Shown here in pieces: positions 61,914 through 64,000 of a stretch of DNA of 64,000 bases. The number at the start of each line of letters is the position of its first letter. The stretch's first letter is position 1. Origin of the DNA: a virus; IMG/VR virus record IMGVR_UViG_3300041964_000083, positions 89,953 to 153,952 of that record; one strand, written 5' to 3'. A program made the position numbers and the translations under genes. The notes under the pieces were generated by a model that had not been told where the DNA came from, did no database searches, and saw only the letters and a list, made by a program, of their open reading frames with translations.

Positions 61914-63293
61914 ATGAGCTTCTTTCGTCACCTCTACCGTCGCACCATCGCTGCTAGTGTTTCCGTCGCTATTCTTTCCTTCCCATTCAGCGCAATGTTT
62001 TACTTTCGGTTGCAGGAGGAGAAGAAGGCATCTGAGCAGTTAACAGTAGTCCGGGAAGAAATTCAAGTAACAGACGAACTCCTGACCCAACTTCTTAATT
62101 TAGAAACAGGGTTGCGGGGTTATGCAAGTACTGGTGATAAGCGATTTTTGGATACGCATTGGGAAGGCAAGCGGCAAGTTCCTCTAGTGTTGTCCCGATT
62201 AGAACAAATAAAGCCTAATCAGAGAACTCAAGGAGAAAGTCCGTAAGGTACTTGAGCTATCAGATTTAGCCATTCAGCAAGGACCAAGCCTTGCAAAATT
62301 AGAAGTTGGCAAAGATACGATGGATGAAATTCGCCAGACTGCTGGGGGATTTTAAGCGCGAAAATGAGTTGATACGCGATCGCATAATTCAAGAGCGTCA
62401 AACGAGAGAACAACGCGATATTGCATTAGTAACGGGTTCAAGCGGCACAACACTTTTGTTATTGTGGCTTGTATATCAAAGTGCCACAAATATGAAAACA
62501 GCATTTAGAAAAGCTGAAAAAGCGCTAGGACTTGAGGAAGAGCTTAGGCGCAAAGCTGAAGAGTCATTAGCACTAGAAGAGCGACTGCGATCATCTGAAG
62601 AGTTGGCAAGAGTAGAAGCTCAAAAAAGCTTAAAGAAAGAACGAGAGTTAAGTGAATCTAAATCTAGGGTGATCTCGGTAATATCCCACGAATATCGCAA
62701 CCCACTAACGGCTATCTATACCGCAGCGGAACTGCTAGAAAATCCCAACATTACATCCGACAAAAAAGCGCGACACCTGCACCAAATTAAGCAAGCGGTA
62801 AATCGATTAACGGACATGACCAACGATGTACTCGCTTTGCTGCAATTTGAAGCAGCAGCTGTTTCTGTAAAGATACAAGAAATTAATCTACCTTCTTGGT
62901 TTACTGGACTAATTGAGTCATTCCACGATTGCGATCGCGTAATTCTTGACATAAAAGTCGAGCGTATCAATTGTGATGAGAGTTTACTCTACAAAATATT
63001 CTCAAACCTGATTAGCAACGCGCTTAAGTATTCTCGCGACCCTGTTTTTCGTATCGGTAGTCGCCAAAAACGACAAGATTCAATTCAAGGTAAAAGATTC
63101 AGGAATTGGTATACCCGAATCAATGCGAATCTTTCAAGCGTTTGAGCGTGGGAGATAACGTTGGAACTATTCAAGGCAATGGTTTGGGGCTTTCGATTGT
63201 AAAAAGAGCCACAGATTTGTTAAATGGTGAGATTGAGTTGACCTCAACTGAAGGTAAGGGTCAGAGTTTTTGGTAATTATACCTGGTTCATGA
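61914..63293 (+). CDS. CHASE3 sensor histidine kinase (frameshifted)
   Basis: TM, LLNLETGLRGY..TGD..FL (CHASE3), ISHEYRNPLT (H box), NLISNALKYS (N box), GNGLGLSIVK (G2) in a later frame. Confidence 0.85.
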
Positions 63294-63867
63294 TGACACT
63301 ACGCAATCTTGTGAATACTTGTTTAGAAATTCCCATGCTTGCTTATTCCATCTGGCATCAACTAAAGCGTTGTGTCTTCCCTGCGTGGGTTTTTTAGGAA
63401 GTTGGGGATTACCGAGCTGGTCGCACCACTGCTTAATGTCATAACAAATGTGGGGGAAATCTTTAGGTTTATCAACAAGCCGACCAAATAACTGATAAAA
63501 AACAACCCAATCTGTAGCTGAATACCATCCCCAAATTTCAGGTTTGTTTGTTAGTTCAACGGCGTTGAGTCTCTGATAAATATGGTCATTATCAATAAAT
63601 CCGCCTGCATCTCCTGCATCTGATTTTATAAAGCGAAGGACATCTAATCGAATATGCGATCGCGGCTTCCAAAATGTTGCGCCGACTTGATTGCGTGGTT
63701 CTAATTGATTAATCACATTATCTTTAACCCAGTCACTTGCCTTTGATTCATCAAATTCTGTACTGATAGCGTAATATTCTCTTCCATCCTCAGCAACAAT
63801 TCCAATACTAATTAGGTCAATCGTCATGCCGTCTTCTATAAACTCGGTATCCAAAAAAGAATCGCAT
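63288..63867 (-). CDS. DEDDh 3'-5' exoribonuclease (Rv2179c/DUF5051-like)
   Basis: FLDTEF..IDLISIGIVAEDGREYYA..DWV..HNALVDARWN; start ATG 63867 needs one T removed from a T run. Confidence 0.85.
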
Positions 63868-63923
63868 AGTTTATTACCTTTAATGCAAAGCCTAGAATAA
63901 AGATAACACTCGCCACACATCTC

Positions 63924-64000
63924 ATGCCCAAGATTTTAGTCATTGAAGATGAGCTGATATCCGAAACATCCTAGAAAACCCTCTTGGACAAGAGGTGTAC
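63924..64000 (+). CDS. Response-regulator receiver N-terminus (partial, frameshifted)
   Basis: MPKILVIEDE then DIRNILE in an adjacent frame. Confidence 0.6.

Noticed and set aside
1133-63960. Programmed frameshifting or mass pseudogenisation (dnaN, 3801 gene, portal, helicase, tail fibre, kinase)
   Set aside because: Breaks are single-base indels, several in short homopolymers, across otherwise well-conserved genes; long-read error is the simpler explanation

Overview
A 64-kb segment of a large temperate phage or phage-plasmid of a cyanobacterium. Evidence: very frequent HIP1 (GCGATCGC), a terminase small subunit, a DUF1073-type portal, virion/tail genes, a phage DnaN, an XerC-like recombinase, a DarB-like methylase-helicase, an intein-containing PAPS-reductase-family gene, four KilA/antirepressor-type genes and many RHH regulators. 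An anti-defence cluster carries two apparent cA4 ring nucleases (Csx3/Crn3 and DUF1874/AcrIII-1), an HD hydrolase and a HAD phosphatase. Two IS elements (IS630 and a TnpB-only IS605-group element) interrupt phage genes. Many conserved genes are frameshifted, often at short homopolymers, which suggests long-read indel errors. The most interesting unexplained signals are non-coding. (1) A 19-bp palindrome, TGACAWCG-N3-CGWTGTCA, occurs 13 times, mostly at gene ends and terminators. (2) A duplicated module consists of a wHTH-like gene, a leader hairpin, TGAACG..TAAGC inverted repeats 109-110 bp apart and that palindrome, with near-identical spacing in both copies. (3) An array of small early genes has each gene preceded by a HIP1-closed, covarying multi-stem RNA-like element plus a terminal (mostly GNRA-capped) hairpin. 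(4) An 11-bp-periodic iteron/centromere-like array follows the helicase. All family assignments come from motif recognition by eye; no database searches were run.
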